Position numbers and translations under genes: made by a program. A model generated the notes under the pieces. The model did no database searches. It was given only the letters and a program-made list of their open reading frames with translations, and had not been told where the DNA came from. From Abditibacteriaceae bacterium (GTDB lineage: Bacteria; Armatimonadota; Abditibacteriia; Abditibacteriales; Abditibacteriaceae): a stretch of DNA of 15,738 nucleotides. Of the stretch, positions 15,548 to 15,738 are shown one piece after another (position 1 is the stretch's first letter; each line of letters starts with the position of its first letter). The DNA is taken from the NCBI GenBank assembly GCA_031372065.1, contig JANMKN010000009.1, positions 1-15,738 of the forward strand, given 5' to 3'.

Positions 15548-15738
15548 AAAGATTTTGCTCATTCAGCCACGCTGGATGACCAACGCCATGACGCGGCAAA
15601 AAGTGGAATTTTGGCGCGAAAAATATCCGCGCGCCGCCTTTACTTTGCTTTCGCCTGCGCCCATAGAAAATATTGCCCTCCTCAACTTGATTTTGCCGCC
15701 ATTGGAGCCGCAAAAAATGGCGCAATTCGCGCGAAAAT
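15540..15738 (+). CDS. 5' part of the next gene, possibly a glycosyltransferase (weak GT9-like N-terminus)
   Basis: GTG at 15540 with GGAG upstream, overlapping the GT4 stop. The frame is open to the window end: MAEKILLIQPRWMTNAMTRQKVEFWREKYPRAAFTLL... Confidence 0.55.
   Translation, partial: MAEKILLIQPRWMTNAMTRQKVEFWREKYPRAAFTLLSPAPIENIALLNLILPPLEPQKMAQFARK

Noticed and set aside
15690..15738. Possible frameshift in the last partial gene
   Set aside because: The called frame stays open to the window end, and too little sequence is visible to judge.

Overview
Bacterial chromosomal window. Gene style suggests Armatimonadota/Abditibacteriota, but this is inference only. The left end holds the most unusual module, on the minus strand: a near-consensus sigma70 promoter overlapped by two palindromes, a 48-codon leader ORF with a strong Shine-Dalgarno, mutually exclusive 1:2 / 2:3 / 3:4 RNA helices, and an intrinsic terminator with 11 U. 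This sits directly in front of a gene that runs off the window and whose first 25 aa resemble RtcB-family RNA ligases. Divergent from it is a stand-alone CARF-fold protein, with no CRISPR/cas genes in the window. Next come clpC and a bidirectional terminator, an A/T-rich secreted hypothetical, and an ABM-fold protein. These are followed by a GTAG-type REP, a 21-bp periodic palindrome array, an aldo/keto reductase remnant, a DUF6882-like protein, a B-box Zn-finger membrane protein and a rhomboid protease. Two exported M16 peptidase-like proteins follow, both lacking HxxEH. The window ends in a polysaccharide locus: wzm, an inserted WD40 gene, wzt, (CACTCAT)12, GT2, GT4 and a partial GT. Several intergenic spacers are filled by inverted heptamer arrays.
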